This document shows positions 28,760 through 39,007 of a stretch of 64,000 bases of DNA, piece by piece. The stretch comes from Nostoc sp. DedSLP01. Lineage in GTDB: Bacteria > Cyanobacteriota > Cyanobacteriia > Cyanobacteriales > Nostocaceae. The stretch lies in NCBI GenBank assembly GCA_034530875.2, contig JAVRCJ020000017.1, forward strand, positions 32,001 through 96,000, read 5' to 3'. The notes beneath the pieces are model-generated. The model made no database searches. It was not told the origin of the DNA and saw nothing but the letters and a program-made list of their open reading frames with translations. The number at the start of each line of letters is the position of its first letter. The stretch's first letter is position 1. A program made the position numbers and the translations under genes.

Positions 28760-29773
28760 TTATAGTGGCGAATCATTAACCTCTGCATAAGGTTGTGGTT
28801 CGCGTAGGCGTTTGGCAATATGTTCTCGTCGATGTTGTGCTAGTTCGCTATAAAGCCTCTTGCGAGAAAGATTCACACTTCCAACAGGCTCATGTTCTAG
28901 CAGTGTATGCCAAGGGCTAAACATTGTACCCTCATCTAAACGTTTGCGTTCCTCAAAGTCAAATTTCTGGCTGGGAATGCGGATAGTTGCAACTTTAATA
29001 AATGGTGAATCTGCTTCTTGCCATTCTTTAACGAGGTCTTCAATTGGCGTTTTTTCATCATCAACAAAAAACTGAATCAAGAAGTCAAAATATACTTCTC
29101 CACCAGTCAAATGGTTGACTATTGCTTCCCGCAGATAGTTTTCAGATTCAGGAATTGTTTCTGGAGGTTGTTCGATTTGTTGAGATTTTACAGACAATTT
29201 AACAATGCGCTGCCCAAATTTAAACGGAGCCATACTCCAATACTGAATCAAAAGCGGATTGCCTACCTTCTGGCTACCAATTTTTTGTAACAAAGCAAAA
29301 GCATAACCAAGTTCCTGTAACCTTTCTTGGCTCAGTTGTCCGCTACCTGCTTTAAAGATATCAGCGTAGTCACGAATATCTTTAGTAAAGAAAGTAGGAT
29401 AATTGTTGAGTATAAAATCTTGAGTTTTTTCTTCATCATCTAATACTTTTTGCCCCTCTACATTCATTACCTTAATGGCGATACCGCGAACATCAGGTTT
29501 GGTATCGGGGCTAAATTGGCCGCGCTTTTCCGGCGCACCACCACTAGAAAAACGAATCCAAGCAGGATAGGTCTGGGGTGTTTTGAACAAACCTACTTTC
29601 AAGTTTTCAGGAAGATTCGGTTCGATAATAAACTCCGCCCAAAGCAGCCCGTGACTTTTACTATGAATTTGCCGCAGGTCTGGGCCTGTTCGTTGTTGAG
29701 CTTGCAGGCTACTTGCTACAATCTCATCAATCATTGCTGATTGCTCGGTGGTAGATGATACTGGGTTACTCAT
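28760..29773 (-). CDS. small catalase-related heme protein
   Basis: Distal His (IHSKSHG), WIRFSS, DVRGIAIKV, QDFILNN, FSPWH and proximal RxxxY (RKRLY). Confidence 0.82.
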   Translation of the reverse strand: MSNPVSSTTEQSAMIDEIVASSLQAQQRTGPDLRQIHSKSHGLLWAEFIIEPNLPENLKVGLFKTPQTYPAWIRFSSGGAPEKRGQFSPDTKPDVRGIAIKVMNVEGQKVLDDEEKTQDFILNNYPTFFTKDIRDYADIFKAGSGQLSQERLQELGYAFALLQKIGSQKVGNPLLIQYWSMAPFKFGQRIVKLSVKSQQIEQPPETIPESENYLREAIVNHLTGGEVYFDFLIQFFVDDEKTPIEDLVKEWQEADSPFIKVATIRIPSQKFDFEERKRLDEGTMFSPWHTLLEHEPVGSVNLSRKRLYSELAQHRREHIAKRLREPQPYAEVNDSPL

Positions 29774-29811
29774 GAAAAATATCTAATGATGTTTCTACAC
29801 ATCCTCAACCT

Positions 29812-30387
29812 TTAATCTTTCACCGTCAACCCAGTTTCAGTTAAGATATTTGTTAATGGTTTATCCCAAGGTTCGATAGGTAGCTCAGGTAAATAGGCAA
29901 AATCAAATACAATTCCTACAGTGGGCTTTGTCAACCACTCTGGCGAACTAAGTAGGCGATCGTAATATCCTCCGCCATAACCAAGACGATATCCTTGATA
30001 ATCGCAAGCTACACTGGCAATCAAAATTAAATCTACTTCTGTAGGGTCTAAGGTTGGCGCGTCGGGATGAGGTTCAGTAATGCCATAAGCGCCACTTTGT
30101 ACGGGTTCGTGAGGCTGCCAAATGTGCCAAGAAAGGGATTGATTTACGCAGCGAGGAAATCCCCAACGGTATTTGGTATTTGTAAATAACGGGCTGAGGT
30201 CGGGTTCTTGACGAAAGCTAAAATAAGCGAGTATTGTTTTGGCTTGAGCGAACAAAGCAGAGTTTTGTAAATGAAAGCAAATGCGATCGCTTTTTTCTCT
30301 CCACTCTCGGACGCACATTGATTGCCGTGTTTTGAGTAAAGTGCGGCGTAGTTTTGCTTTATTTAGTTGATGATTAACTGTGTCCAC
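29812..30387 (-). CDS. 5-formyltetrahydrofolate cyclo-ligase
   Basis: KAKLRR, YGITEP and GYRLGYGGGYYDRLL. GTG 30387 chosen as start. Confidence 0.88.
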   Translation of the reverse strand: MDTVNHQLNKAKLRRTLLKTRQSMCVREWREKSDRICFHLQNSALFAQAKTILAYFSFRQEPDLSPLFTNTKYRWGFPRCVNQSLSWHIWQPHEPVQSGAYGITEPHPDAPTLDPTEVDLILIASVACDYQGYRLGYGGGYYDRLLSSPEWLTKPTVGIVFDFAYLPELPIEPWDKPLTNILTETGLTVKD

Positions 30388-30405
30388 AAAAATTTGCTCA
30401 AAACA

Positions 30406-30432
30406 TTTAGGGTGGGCATTGCCCACCCTAAA
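30406..30432. repeat. REP-like perfect palindrome
   Basis: tttagggtgggca-t-tgcccaccctaaa. Confidence 0.65.
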
Positions 30433-30433
30433 A

Positions 30434-31378
30434 TTATGCAGCGTGTTGGCGATACCACTCAATGGTATTCTTTAGCCCTTCCTCAAAGCTAACTTCAGCA
30501 GTGAAGTTAAAAGCAAGCTTTGCACGTTCGGTATCTAAGCAACGCCTGGGTTGACCGTTAGGCTTATCAGTTTGCCAAACAATCTCACCCTTAAACTCCA
30601 TCAATTTGCAAATCAGAGTCACTAAATCATGGATAGAGATTTCATAACCCGTTCCCAAATTCACTGGTTCTGATTCGTTGTAGAATTGGGTGCCCATAAC
30701 AATCCCTCGCGCTGCATCAACAGAATACAAAAACTCGCGAGTCGGACTACCATCGCCCCAAACCGGCAGTTCCTTTTGTTGTTGAACTTGGGCTTCGTGA
30801 ACCTTGCGAATTAACGCTGGAATCACATGAGAACTTCTAGGGTCAAAATTATCTTCCGGCCCGTATAAATTCACAGGAAGTAGGTAAATACCATTAAAAC
30901 CGTACTGCTGGCGGTAAGACTGCAATTGTACTAAAAGCGCTTTTTTGGCAATTCCATAAGGGGCGTTAGTTTCCTCTGGGTAGCCATTCCATAAATCATC
31001 TTCTTTAAATGGTACCGGAGTAAATTTCGGATAGGCGCAGATAGTACCAACACAAGCGAATTTTTCTACTCCCCCTTGATAGGCAGCATGAATTAGCTGG
31101 GTTCCCATAATCAAGTTGTCGTAGAATAACTCTGCGGGTTTCTCTCGATTTAGACCGATGCCGCCAACATGAGCTGCTAAATGGATAACGATATCTTGCT
31201 GGTCAACTGCGCGCTGGCAATTTTCCCAAACTCGCAAATCGCAATTGTGCGATCGCACTACTGTAATCTTCTCCCTATCAGCTCCTGCCTTACACAGTTG
31301 GTCTATTACCTGACGACCGAGAAACCCTGACCCGCCAGTGACGAGAATGCGTTTATTTTTTAGTTCTAAGGCGGTCAT
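30434..31378 (-). CDS. fcl: GDP-L-fucose synthase
   Basis: [23 protein letters not shown] and [10 protein letters not shown]. Located downstream of gmd. Confidence 0.93.
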   Translation of the reverse strand: MTALELKNKRILVTGGSGFLGRQVIDQLCKAGADREKITVVRSHNCDLRVWENCQRAVDQQDIVIHLAAHVGGIGLNREKPAELFYDNLIMGTQLIHAAYQGGVEKFACVGTICAYPKFTPVPFKEDDLWNGYPEETNAPYGIAKKALLVQLQSYRQQYGFNGIYLLPVNLYGPEDNFDPRSSHVIPALIRKVHEAQVQQQKELPVWGDGSPTREFLYSVDAARGIVMGTQFYNESEPVNLGTGYEISIHDLVTLICKLMEFKGEIVWQTDKPNGQPRRCLDTERAKLAFNFTAEVSFEEGLKNTIEWYRQHAA

Positions 31379-31401
31379 ATTTTTTTCCTCTGTGGCGGGA
31401 A

Positions 31402-32481
31402 TTAGAAGTGCAAAGCACCCAATTCTTGACGAAGAGTAGCAATGTCACGTGGAAATTGCGAACCATTACCATTGGGTGAAGTGTAACCTAAGGCTTGCAG
31501 GTCTGCTTCCACCATTAAACCAACTAGTTGTTCAAATGTTACTGATGGTGTCCAGCCTAAATTCTGCCGCGCTTTGCTAGAGTCGCCAATCAATAACTCT
31601 ACTTCGGCAGGACGCAGATAACGTTCGTCAAATTCGACATAATCTTGCCAATTAAGATTGACATAACCAAATGCCAACTCTAAAAATTCCCGCACTGAGT
31701 GGGTTTCACCAGTTGCAATTACGTAATCATCTGGCTGGTCTTGCTGCAACATTAGCCACATTGCTTTTACGTAATCTTTGGCATAGCCCCAATCTCTTTT
31801 GGAATCGAGATTTCCCATGTAAAGCTTTTTCTGCTTTTTGGCGACGATGTTGGCAACTGCCATCGTAATTTTACGCGTTACAAAGGTTTCACCGCGACGT
31901 GGCGATTCGTGGTTAAAAAGTATACCGTTACAAGCAAATAAATTGTAAGATTCGCGATAATTTACTGTTTGCCAGTGGGCATAGACTTTGGCGCAAGCGT
32001 AAGGACTGCGGGGATAAAATGGTGTTGTTTCACTTTGCGGGATTGCTTGTACCAAACCGTACATTTCTGAAGAGCCAGCTTGGTAAAACCGCACTTGGAT
32101 TCCGGTACGGTGCTGGTAGTCTCGAATTGCTTCTAACAAACGTAGGGTTCCCATTCCCACAGAGTCTACGGTATATTCTGGTGAGTCAAAGCTGACTCTA
32201 ACATGGGATTGAGCGCCGAGGTTATAAATTTCTACTGGTTGTACTTCTTCTAATATGCGTCGCAGTGTTGTTCCGTCTGTCAAGTCTCCGTAGTGGAGGA
32301 ATAACTGCACGCCTTCTTTGTGAGGGTCTTCGTAAATGTGATCGATGCGGTCTGTATTGAAGGTGGAAGTTCGGCGAATTATACCATGAACTTCATAACC
32401 TTGTTCTAGCAAATACTCACTCAGATATGAACCATCTTGACCGGTTATACCAGTTATTAATGCTCGCTTTCTTTGCGTCAT
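31402..32481 (-). CDS. gmd: GDP-mannose 4,6-dehydratase
   Basis: [25 protein letters not shown] and [17 protein letters not shown]. Confidence 0.97.
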   Translation of the reverse strand: MTQRKRALITGITGQDGSYLSEYLLEQGYEVHGIIRRTSTFNTDRIDHIYEDPHKEGVQLFLHYGDLTDGTTLRRILEEVQPVEIYNLGAQSHVRVSFDSPEYTVDSVGMGTLRLLEAIRDYQHRTGIQVRFYQAGSSEMYGLVQAIPQSETTPFYPRSPYACAKVYAHWQTVNYRESYNLFACNGILFNHESPRRGETFVTRKITMAVANIVAKKQKKLYMGNLDSKRDWGYAKDYVKAMWLMLQQDQPDDYVIATGETHSVREFLELAFGYVNLNWQDYVEFDERYLRPAEVELLIGDSSKARQNLGWTPSVTFEQLVGLMVEADLQALGYTSPNGNGSQFPRDIATLRQELGALHF

Positions 32482-32770
32482 TCTCTATGATCCCTTATTG
32501 CCTTTGATTAAAATGTTACAGTCGATCTGATACAACCTAGCAGGTAATTGCTGAATTGCCTAATGGTAAACCTACCAGTTCTAGTCGAGCTTATAAATTT
32601 TAAGTAATTAAATATACTTAATAAAAATTTATTGAGGAAATTAAGATTTAAATTTTATTATATTAATATTTTTGAAATTATTTATATTTTCTTAAAATTA
32701 CTCGCTTTTTGTGAATATTTCATAAAGTAAATTTAATTTTATAAATCTTTGCTACTGACCTCAAAAAAAA

Positions 32771-32853
32771 GGTATACAAGCCCCTAAATTTATTTGTGGG
32801 ATTGTAATGCGTGAATTTTGCCCCGTTCGCCTAGCCGATCGCACAGAAGGGGC
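32771..32853. repeat. miniature element end plus SDR-like insert
   Basis: ggtatacaagcccctaaatttatttgtgg. The gcccc...ggggc hairpin encloses gttcgcctagccgatcgcacagaag, similar to the reverse complement of 14127-14148. Confidence 0.4.
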
Positions 32854-33034
32854 TGACTATTTTTGTATTTTGATAAAGGTCAGGAAATAAATTGCCAAAA
32901 AAATTTATACTGCGTTGTCTTTAGTGAAAACTGAATAACTGTTGATTTAATCAATAAGAAGTAGTGCCGAAATTGAAGTAAGAATTAGTATTTAGGGGCA
33001 TTGCCTGCCCCACACAATCAGCCCTAAAAATTAC

Positions 33035-33796
33035 TCAATATGCTCCATTATTCTTGGGTAAAATGACCACATCAACAGTTTTTAAAATGATCCATAAATC
33101 GAGCCAAAGATTCCTACATTTTACGTAATACAGGTCTATTTGGACTCGCCGAGGATAGGGAATGTCATTACGCCCAGACACCTGCCATAAGCCAGTAATT
33201 CCCGGACGGATTGTTAAAATCTCGTCAATGTGATAACCGTATTTTGGTAGTTCTTCTGCTACTAATGGGCGAGGACCGACTACACTCATATCCCCTTTTA
33301 AAACGTTCCAAAACTGGGGAAATTCGTCTAGGCTAGTAATTCGCAAAAACTTACCAATTTTCGTAATCCGCGGGTCTTGTTTGAGCTTAAAACTGCTTTC
33401 AAATTCTTGTCGCAACTGAGGCGATGTTTCCATCATTTGCACGAGGATTTCGTCTGCATTGCTGACCATTGTTCGGAATTTAATGCAGTTAAAAGGTTTG
33501 TAGTTTTTCCCCACCCGTTCCTGAACATAAAAAATCGGGCCTTCCGAACTCAAAGCAATCAGTAAGGCCAAAATTAAGTAAACAGGGAAGAATAAAATCA
33601 ACACTGACAGCGAAAACACTATATCGAATAGTCGCTTGGCAAACTCTCCGTTTAAACCCTGAAAAGATAAACCTTTAGGTTTAGTTTTAGGTGTCTTCGT
33701 TTTTTTACCGTGTTTTTGGAGAGTACGCGTAGACCCTCTAGTGTCTTGCCGTACACCTCGTTTGCCGGAGAGGAGTGAGCTCTGGGCAGTCATCAT
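33035..33796 (-). CDS. undecaprenyl-phosphate sugar phosphotransferase (RfbP-like)
   Basis: KRLFDI, KFRTM, DPRITKIGKFLRITSLDEFPQ and PGITGLWQVSGR. Confidence 0.9.
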   Translation of the reverse strand: MMTAQSSLLSGKRGVRQDTRGSTRTLQKHGKKTKTPKTKPKGLSFQGLNGEFAKRLFDIVFSLSVLILFFPVYLILALLIALSSEGPIFYVQERVGKNYKPFNCIKFRTMVSNADEILVQMMETSPQLRQEFESSFKLKQDPRITKIGKFLRITSLDEFPQFWNVLKGDMSVVGPRPLVAEELPKYGYHIDEILTIRPGITGLWQVSGRNDIPYPRRVQIDLYYVKCRNLWLDLWIILKTVDVVILPKNNGAY

Positions 33797-33893
33797 ACTC
33801 CTTAATAATCCACACCACACATAGTCCCAATCTTAAAGCCAAAATGAGATGCTTCTGGGGTTAAATTGCCAAAAGCCTAAAAAAATCAATCTC

Positions 33894-35048
33894 TCAACCA
33901 AGACCATTATTCCAAAAAGGTCTTTTTTCGTAGCACTTGTTTACAAAATCTAAATAACGATCTGCAAAGACTTGCGGCGAAAACTGCGCCGCGTGCGATC
34001 GCATATACTCAAAATTGAACGAACCTTGATATGCTTCAAATTTTTCTACTGCCTCCACTAAAGCTGCCTCGGTTTGTGTATGGAAGAATATACCTGTTCC
34101 TGTATCGACGTCAGAACGAATATCTCGCACTGTTTCTAGAGCACCCCCGGCGCCATAAGCAATTACTGGCGTACCGCAGGCTTGTGCCTCTACTAAGGCA
34201 ATACCAAAATCTTCACAAGCTGCATACACAAACGCTTTAGCGCTAGCCATATATTTTTTTACCACATCGTCGGGTTGCCATCCAAGTATCTGGATATTTG
34301 AGTTTGCCATTTCGCGAATCTTGTTCATTTCATCTCCTGTACCAATTACTACTAATGGTCGTTTGAGTTGATTAAAAGCTTTGACAATCAACGAAACTTG
34401 TTTGTAACTTACTAGACGGGAAACTGTGAGGTAAAAATCGTCTTTTTCCTGAAAAAATGGAAATTCGCTAGTATTCACAGGTGGGTAAATAACTGTTGCT
34501 TCTCGGCGATAGCAACGCCAAATCCGCCGTGCTGTATGCTGTGAGTTGGCAATGAAGTAGTCAACACGATTGGCACTCAATACATCCCACTGGCGCAAAC
34601 GATGTAATAAATATCGTGTTACCCACCCAGGTAAACCATTACCCAGCTTGCTTTGACGTAGATAATCAAAGGTTAAGTCCCAAGCGTAGCGCATAGGGCT
34701 GTGACAGTAGCAAATATGCAACTGATCTGGAGTGGTAAGTATTCCCTTAGCAACAGCATGGGATGAAGACAGAATTACGTCATAATGCCGCAAATCCATT
34801 TGTTCGATTGCCAAAGGCCACAAAGGCAAGTACTTTTGTATACCGTTACGAGCAAATGGCAGCTGTTGAAGAAACGTCTTGCCAATTTGACGTTTGTATA
34901 AATAACTTTCAGGGTTAATGGATTCAAAATCGATGAGGGCATACAAATCAGCATCAATGTGATTCAAAATTTCCCGTACAACGAGTTCAGAACCACCTGT
35001 GGCTTTGGGTGTCAACCACTCATGAACCAGAGCATATTTCAAGGGCAC
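33894..35048 (-). CDS. glycosyltransferase family 4 (mannosyltransferase-like)
   Basis: ALVHEWL...GGSE, YCHSPMRYAWD and EDFGIALVEAQACGTPVIA. Confidence 0.9.
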   Translation of the reverse strand: MPLKYALVHEWLTPKATGGSELVVREILNHIDADLYALIDFESINPESYLYKRQIGKTFLQQLPFARNGIQKYLPLWPLAIEQMDLRHYDVILSSSHAVAKGILTTPDQLHICYCHSPMRYAWDLTFDYLRQSKLGNGLPGWVTRYLLHRLRQWDVLSANRVDYFIANSQHTARRIWRCYRREATVIYPPVNTSEFPFFQEKDDFYLTVSRLVSYKQVSLIVKAFNQLKRPLVVIGTGDEMNKIREMANSNIQILGWQPDDVVKKYMASAKAFVYAACEDFGIALVEAQACGTPVIAYGAGGALETVRDIRSDVDTGTGIFFHTQTEAALVEAVEKFEAYQGSFNFEYMRSHAAQFSPQVFADRYLDFVNKCYEKRPFWNNGLG

Positions 35049-35207
35049 AGCTAACTTGTAATGAATGGAAAATAGTTAGGGAACTGATGAGGTTAACTGA
35101 AAAGTTTCCCGTTGCGATCGACTAATGGGAACCGCCCCAGATTAAAGCCAAAGACGCAATCTTTTCTTCAGAGGTTCCAGATGGATCCTGCAACCTGATA
35201 ACCTCAG

Positions 35208-35334
35208 ATTGGGGCATCGGGACTGGGTACTGGGTACTGAGTATTGGGTACTGGGAAAACTCTTCCCTAATTATTCCCTAATTACTAGTCCCTAGTAGCT
35301 AGTTCCTAATCGCCAGTACCCAGTTCCCAGTCCC
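35208..35334. repeat. inverted STRR arms (ACTGGGT / CCCAGT)
   Basis: gggactgggtactgggtactg... pairs with ...ccagtacccagttcccagtccc. Confidence 0.6.
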
Positions 35335-35366
35335 TTAAAGAAAACTGACGCAGGAATGGGAAAGAT

Positions 35367-36305
35367 ATGCGAATTCTAATTATGGGTGGTACTCGGTTCA
35401 TTGGCGTCTATTTGACTCAACTACTAGTGGAACAAGGACATGAGGTGGTGCTGTTTAATCGCGGAAATCGTCCAGCGCCTTCTTTACAGGGAGTAGGACA
35501 AATTATAGGCGATCGCACTGATACTACCCAATTAAAAGCAAAATTATCACAGGAAAATTTTGATGCGATTTTTGACAACAACGGACGAGAACTCAGCGAT
35601 ACTCAACCGCTAGCGGAGATTTTTCAAGACCGAGTGCAACATTTTGTATACATGAGTTCGGCGGGAGTGTATCTTAAATCCGACCAACTTCCCCATATTG
35701 AAGGCGATGCAGTAGATCCGAAAAGTCGGCATTTAGGTAAGCATGAAACGGAAGCTCACCTGGCTCAATCAGGATTGCCTTTTACTTCGATTCGTCCGAC
35801 TTATATTTACGGGCCGCGTAATTATAATGACTTAGAAAGCTGGTTTTTTGACAGAATTGTGCGCGATCGCCCGATTCCTATCCCGGAAAATGGGTTGCAT
35901 ATCACTCAATTCGGTCATGTCAAAGATTTAGCTCAGGCAATGACCCAAGTTTTGGGCAATCCACAAGCAATAAAGCAAATTTATAATATTTCTGGCGATC
36001 GCTTTGTGACTTTTGATGGTTTAGCTCGTGCTAGTGCTGTAGCGGCTGGGAAATCACCCGATGCTGTAAAAATTGTCCATTACGACCCGAAAAAATTTGA
36101 TTTTGGCAAGCGCAAGGCTTTTCCAATGCGGGTACAGCATTTCTTTGCTTCGGTGAATAAAGCACAAACAGAATTAAACTGGCATCCAAAATACGATTTG
36201 ATTTCTGGATTGCAAGATTCTTTGGAGAATGATTATTTAGCTTCTGGACGGGATAAAGCCGATATTGATTTCTCTGTAGATGAGGAAATTTTAAAGGCTG
36301 TTTAA
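35367..36305 (+). CDS. NAD-dependent epimerase/dehydratase family protein (CSP41b-like)
   Basis: ILIMGGTRFIG, SSAGVY, RPTYIYGP and KAFPMRVQHFF. Confidence 0.88.
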   Translation: MRILIMGGTRFIGVYLTQLLVEQGHEVVLFNRGNRPAPSLQGVGQIIGDRTDTTQLKAKLSQENFDAIFDNNGRELSDTQPLAEIFQDRVQHFVYMSSAGVYLKSDQLPHIEGDAVDPKSRHLGKHETEAHLAQSGLPFTSIRPTYIYGPRNYNDLESWFFDRIVRDRPIPIPENGLHITQFGHVKDLAQAMTQVLGNPQAIKQIYNISGDRFVTFDGLARASAVAAGKSPDAVKIVHYDPKKFDFGKRKAFPMRVQHFFASVNKAQTELNWHPKYDLISGLQDSLENDYLASGRDKADIDFSVDEEILKAV

Positions 36306-36551
36306 TTTTGAGGTTTGTTGACTGCTGACACTCAACAGTCAACTCCACTACAAACCAATTAACTACTAGTCCTCGTCAGGGTTAATGCCCAATTCCCGCA
36401 GCTTCCTACCTGGGAAAGACGCGATAAATTGTATTTTTAGCTTTTACTGTAACAGGAATGAAATTTTATCTATTAGTCAGGCAAACTTTTTGGTAAATTG
36501 CCTCAAAGTTAGTGAAATTCGTTTTTGACAATACTATTCTTGGTTGAGCGA

Positions 36552-37430
36552 ATGAGCCAGGTTTTACAATCTACACTCCAAAATATTTTAGAAGCCCGTG
36601 CCCGCTTGGGTGAAGGGCCAATCTGGGACTCGAATAAAAAGCTGCTTTACTGGATAGATATTTTTAACCATCGAGTGCATGAATTTAACCCTGAAACGGG
36701 GAAAAATCGCTTCTTTGATGTGGGAGATACGGTAGGTGCGATCGCCATAGCAGGTACAGATAGATTAATTATTACGCTGCGCCATCATCTGGCATTCCTC
36801 AACACCCAGACAGGCAAAGTTACACCCATTTTGGAAATTGAAGGACATCTCGAAGATAATCGTCTCAACGATGGCAAATGTGACCCCCAAGGTCGCTTTT
36901 GGTTCGGCTCAATGTCTTCTATAGAAAAACCTGAAGCTAGCCTTTATCGTTACGACACTGATGGTTCATTACATGTAATGGAAACGGGATTGACTATTTC
37001 TAATGGCTTGGGCTGGAGTCCCGATAAAAAAATATTTTACTTGGCTGATTCTCCAAAACAAAAAATTTATGCTTATGACTTTAATTCAGTAACAGGAGAT
37101 ATTACTAATCGCCGGGTTTTTGTTGATTTCACTCATGAATCTTTTTATCCAGATGGGTTGACGATAGATAGTCAAGGAAATATTTGGTCAGCTATGTGGA
37201 ATGGATGGTGTGTGATTCGTTTCAATCCGCAAGGTGAAGAGATTTTGCGGATAAAACTACCCGTTCCACTGGTAACGAGTTGCACCTTTGGCGGCGAAAA
37301 TTTGCAAACACTCTACATCACCACTGCTTCAGTTGACCTCAGCCAAGCTGAGATTGATAAAAGCTTTTACTCAGGTGATTTATTTGCGTTCCAAAGTGAT
37401 GTTGCGGGATTACCTAGCTATAATTTTTAG
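36552..37430 (+). CDS. SMP-30/gluconolactonase/LRE family protein
   Basis: LGEGPIW, RLNDGKCDPQGRFWFG, SNGLGWSPD and PDGLTID. Confidence 0.92.
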   Translation: MSQVLQSTLQNILEARARLGEGPIWDSNKKLLYWIDIFNHRVHEFNPETGKNRFFDVGDTVGAIAIAGTDRLIITLRHHLAFLNTQTGKVTPILEIEGHLEDNRLNDGKCDPQGRFWFGSMSSIEKPEASLYRYDTDGSLHVMETGLTISNGLGWSPDKKIFYLADSPKQKIYAYDFNSVTGDITNRRVFVDFTHESFYPDGLTIDSQGNIWSAMWNGWCVIRFNPQGEEILRIKLPVPLVTSCTFGGENLQTLYITTASVDLSQAEIDKSFYSGDLFAFQSDVAGLPSYNF

Positions 37431-37542
37431 AAATTAGACTTTGGCTTACTTACGGACTAATTTTTGAATTTGCAACTGCAATTGTGGAGTTTTCAGAAAT
37501 TTCAAATAAAAAAATCTCAATTCTATGTAGCATTTTTTGATT

Positions 37543-38079
37543 TTACTTTGCATTTAAAGGCGTATTTTCTCTAGTTGGATTTTGTGGTATGAGGTAAATT
37601 AACCCAGATATTAATGTCAAAGCAACAGAAATCCAAAAAGCAATTAAAGACGGAATTTGCCAGACTTCAGGTAATGGCGCAATCAAAAGTGCGATCGCCA
37701 CTATTTGACTTACTGTTTTGAGTTTACCCCAAATGTTTGCCCCGGTAATTGTTGTTTGATTTACCCGCCAACCAGCGATCGCCAATTCCCGCGCTAAAAT
37801 CAAAAACACTGCCCAAGCTGGGATTTTTCCTAACTCTACTAACACTAGCAAGGGCGCTAATACCAAAAATTTATCTACCAAAGGGTCAAGAAACTTACCC
37901 AAATCGCTAATTTGGTTAAGTTTTCTTGCTAAATAGCCATCCAACCAATCGGTCAACGCCGCCACTAAAAAAATCGCCAAACAGAACCACCTAGCCTCAG
38001 AGGTAGGGTTGTACAAACCGTATAGCAAAAATGGTACGCCCAGCAGACGAGAAAAAGTAATCCAGTTAGGTAAAGTCAC
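37543..38079 (-). CDS. pgsA: CDP-diacylglycerol--glycerol-3-phosphate 3-phosphatidyltransferase
   Basis: LPNWITFSR and TDWLDGYLAR...GKFLDPLVDK (CDP-alcohol phosphotransferase motif). Confidence 0.92.
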   Translation of the reverse strand: MTLPNWITFSRLLGVPFLLYGLYNPTSEARWFCLAIFLVAALTDWLDGYLARKLNQISDLGKFLDPLVDKFLVLAPLLVLVELGKIPAWAVFLILARELAIAGWRVNQTTITGANIWGKLKTVSQIVAIALLIAPLPEVWQIPSLIAFWISVALTLISGLIYLIPQNPTRENTPLNAK

Positions 38080-38099
38080 GATTTCGGTTTAGAAATTAT

Positions 38100-38663
38100 C
38101 TATAACTTTAACCAACCAAATAATTGCCCTAATGTCAAATGTAAATCGCTGACTAAATCGGGTACTGGCAAAATATCTTCTTCGTTCTCTAAATAGATTG
38201 GTTGTTGCCGAGGCGGATACACTAAAATACCATCTTCTTCTGGATCAATTAACCAACCTAAGCGAGAGCCATGATTTAAACAATGTAAAATGTTTTTGGT
38301 AACTTTTGTGGTACTTTGTTCGGGTGAGAGGATTTCAATTGTCCAATCTGGATATGTATTGAACGCATTGGCGATATTACCTTTTTCATCGATAGGAATT
38401 CGTTCCCAAGCGAATACTGCAACATCTGGAACAGTAGAACGTCCACCAAAGGTACAGCGTAATTCTGGAAAAGCTAGGGCAATTTTTGTAGGTTCTGTTA
38501 CATGATTAACCGCATTAGCCACTTGCAACTGGAGTCTGCTATGTTTACCTTGAGGAATATGTTTTTGAAAAATTTCACCATCTACATATTCACTGGCTGG
38601 TTTAGTTTCTGGTAATTTTAAAAAGTCCTCTAAAGATATACGGCGAGTTGGTGTTTTAATCAT
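38100..38663 (-). CDS. Uma2-family (DUF820) endonuclease-like protein
   Basis: LPETKPASEY, PELRCTFGGRSTVPDV, PDWTIEILSP and GWLIDP. Confidence 0.9.
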   Translation of the reverse strand: MIKTPTRRISLEDFLKLPETKPASEYVDGEIFQKHIPQGKHSRLQLQVANAVNHVTEPTKIALAFPELRCTFGGRSTVPDVAVFAWERIPIDEKGNIANAFNTYPDWTIEILSPEQSTTKVTKNILHCLNHGSRLGWLIDPEEDGILVYPPRQQPIYLENEEDILPVPDLVSDLHLTLGQLFGWLKL

Positions 38664-38788
38664 AATGTTTTCCCGATCGTATTTAAACGTAAGTTTAGCT
38701 GAAATCAAATGATTTGACAGAGCTTAGTTAGTTGTTGGTTGATTGTGCAAATTTGAGAGTTCGGATTGGTTTTTCTAAAAATTGAGAC

Positions 38789-38891
38789 TATAGGAATCCT
38801 ATTTAATTTATAAAACTACTTGTAGAGGGAGGGAGTAGGGAATTGGGAATGGGGAGTAGATTTATTTGTAACTCCTAACAGGATTGCTATA
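38789..38891. mobile_element. MITE-like element with TATA-bounded imperfect TIRs and an internal STRR
   Basis: tataggaatcctatt ... aacaggattgctata, whose reverse complement is tatagcaatcctgtt. Interior gggagta/gggaat heptamers. Confidence 0.55.
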
Positions 38892-39007
38892 TTATTTGAT
38901 TTTTGAAAAGATTTGTAGGCGAAGGGCTTTCAGCATATTTTTTTTAAAATGGCGTAAGTATCATTTGTATGGCACGATCTGTATTTCAAGATCATCTAAA
39001 CAATACT

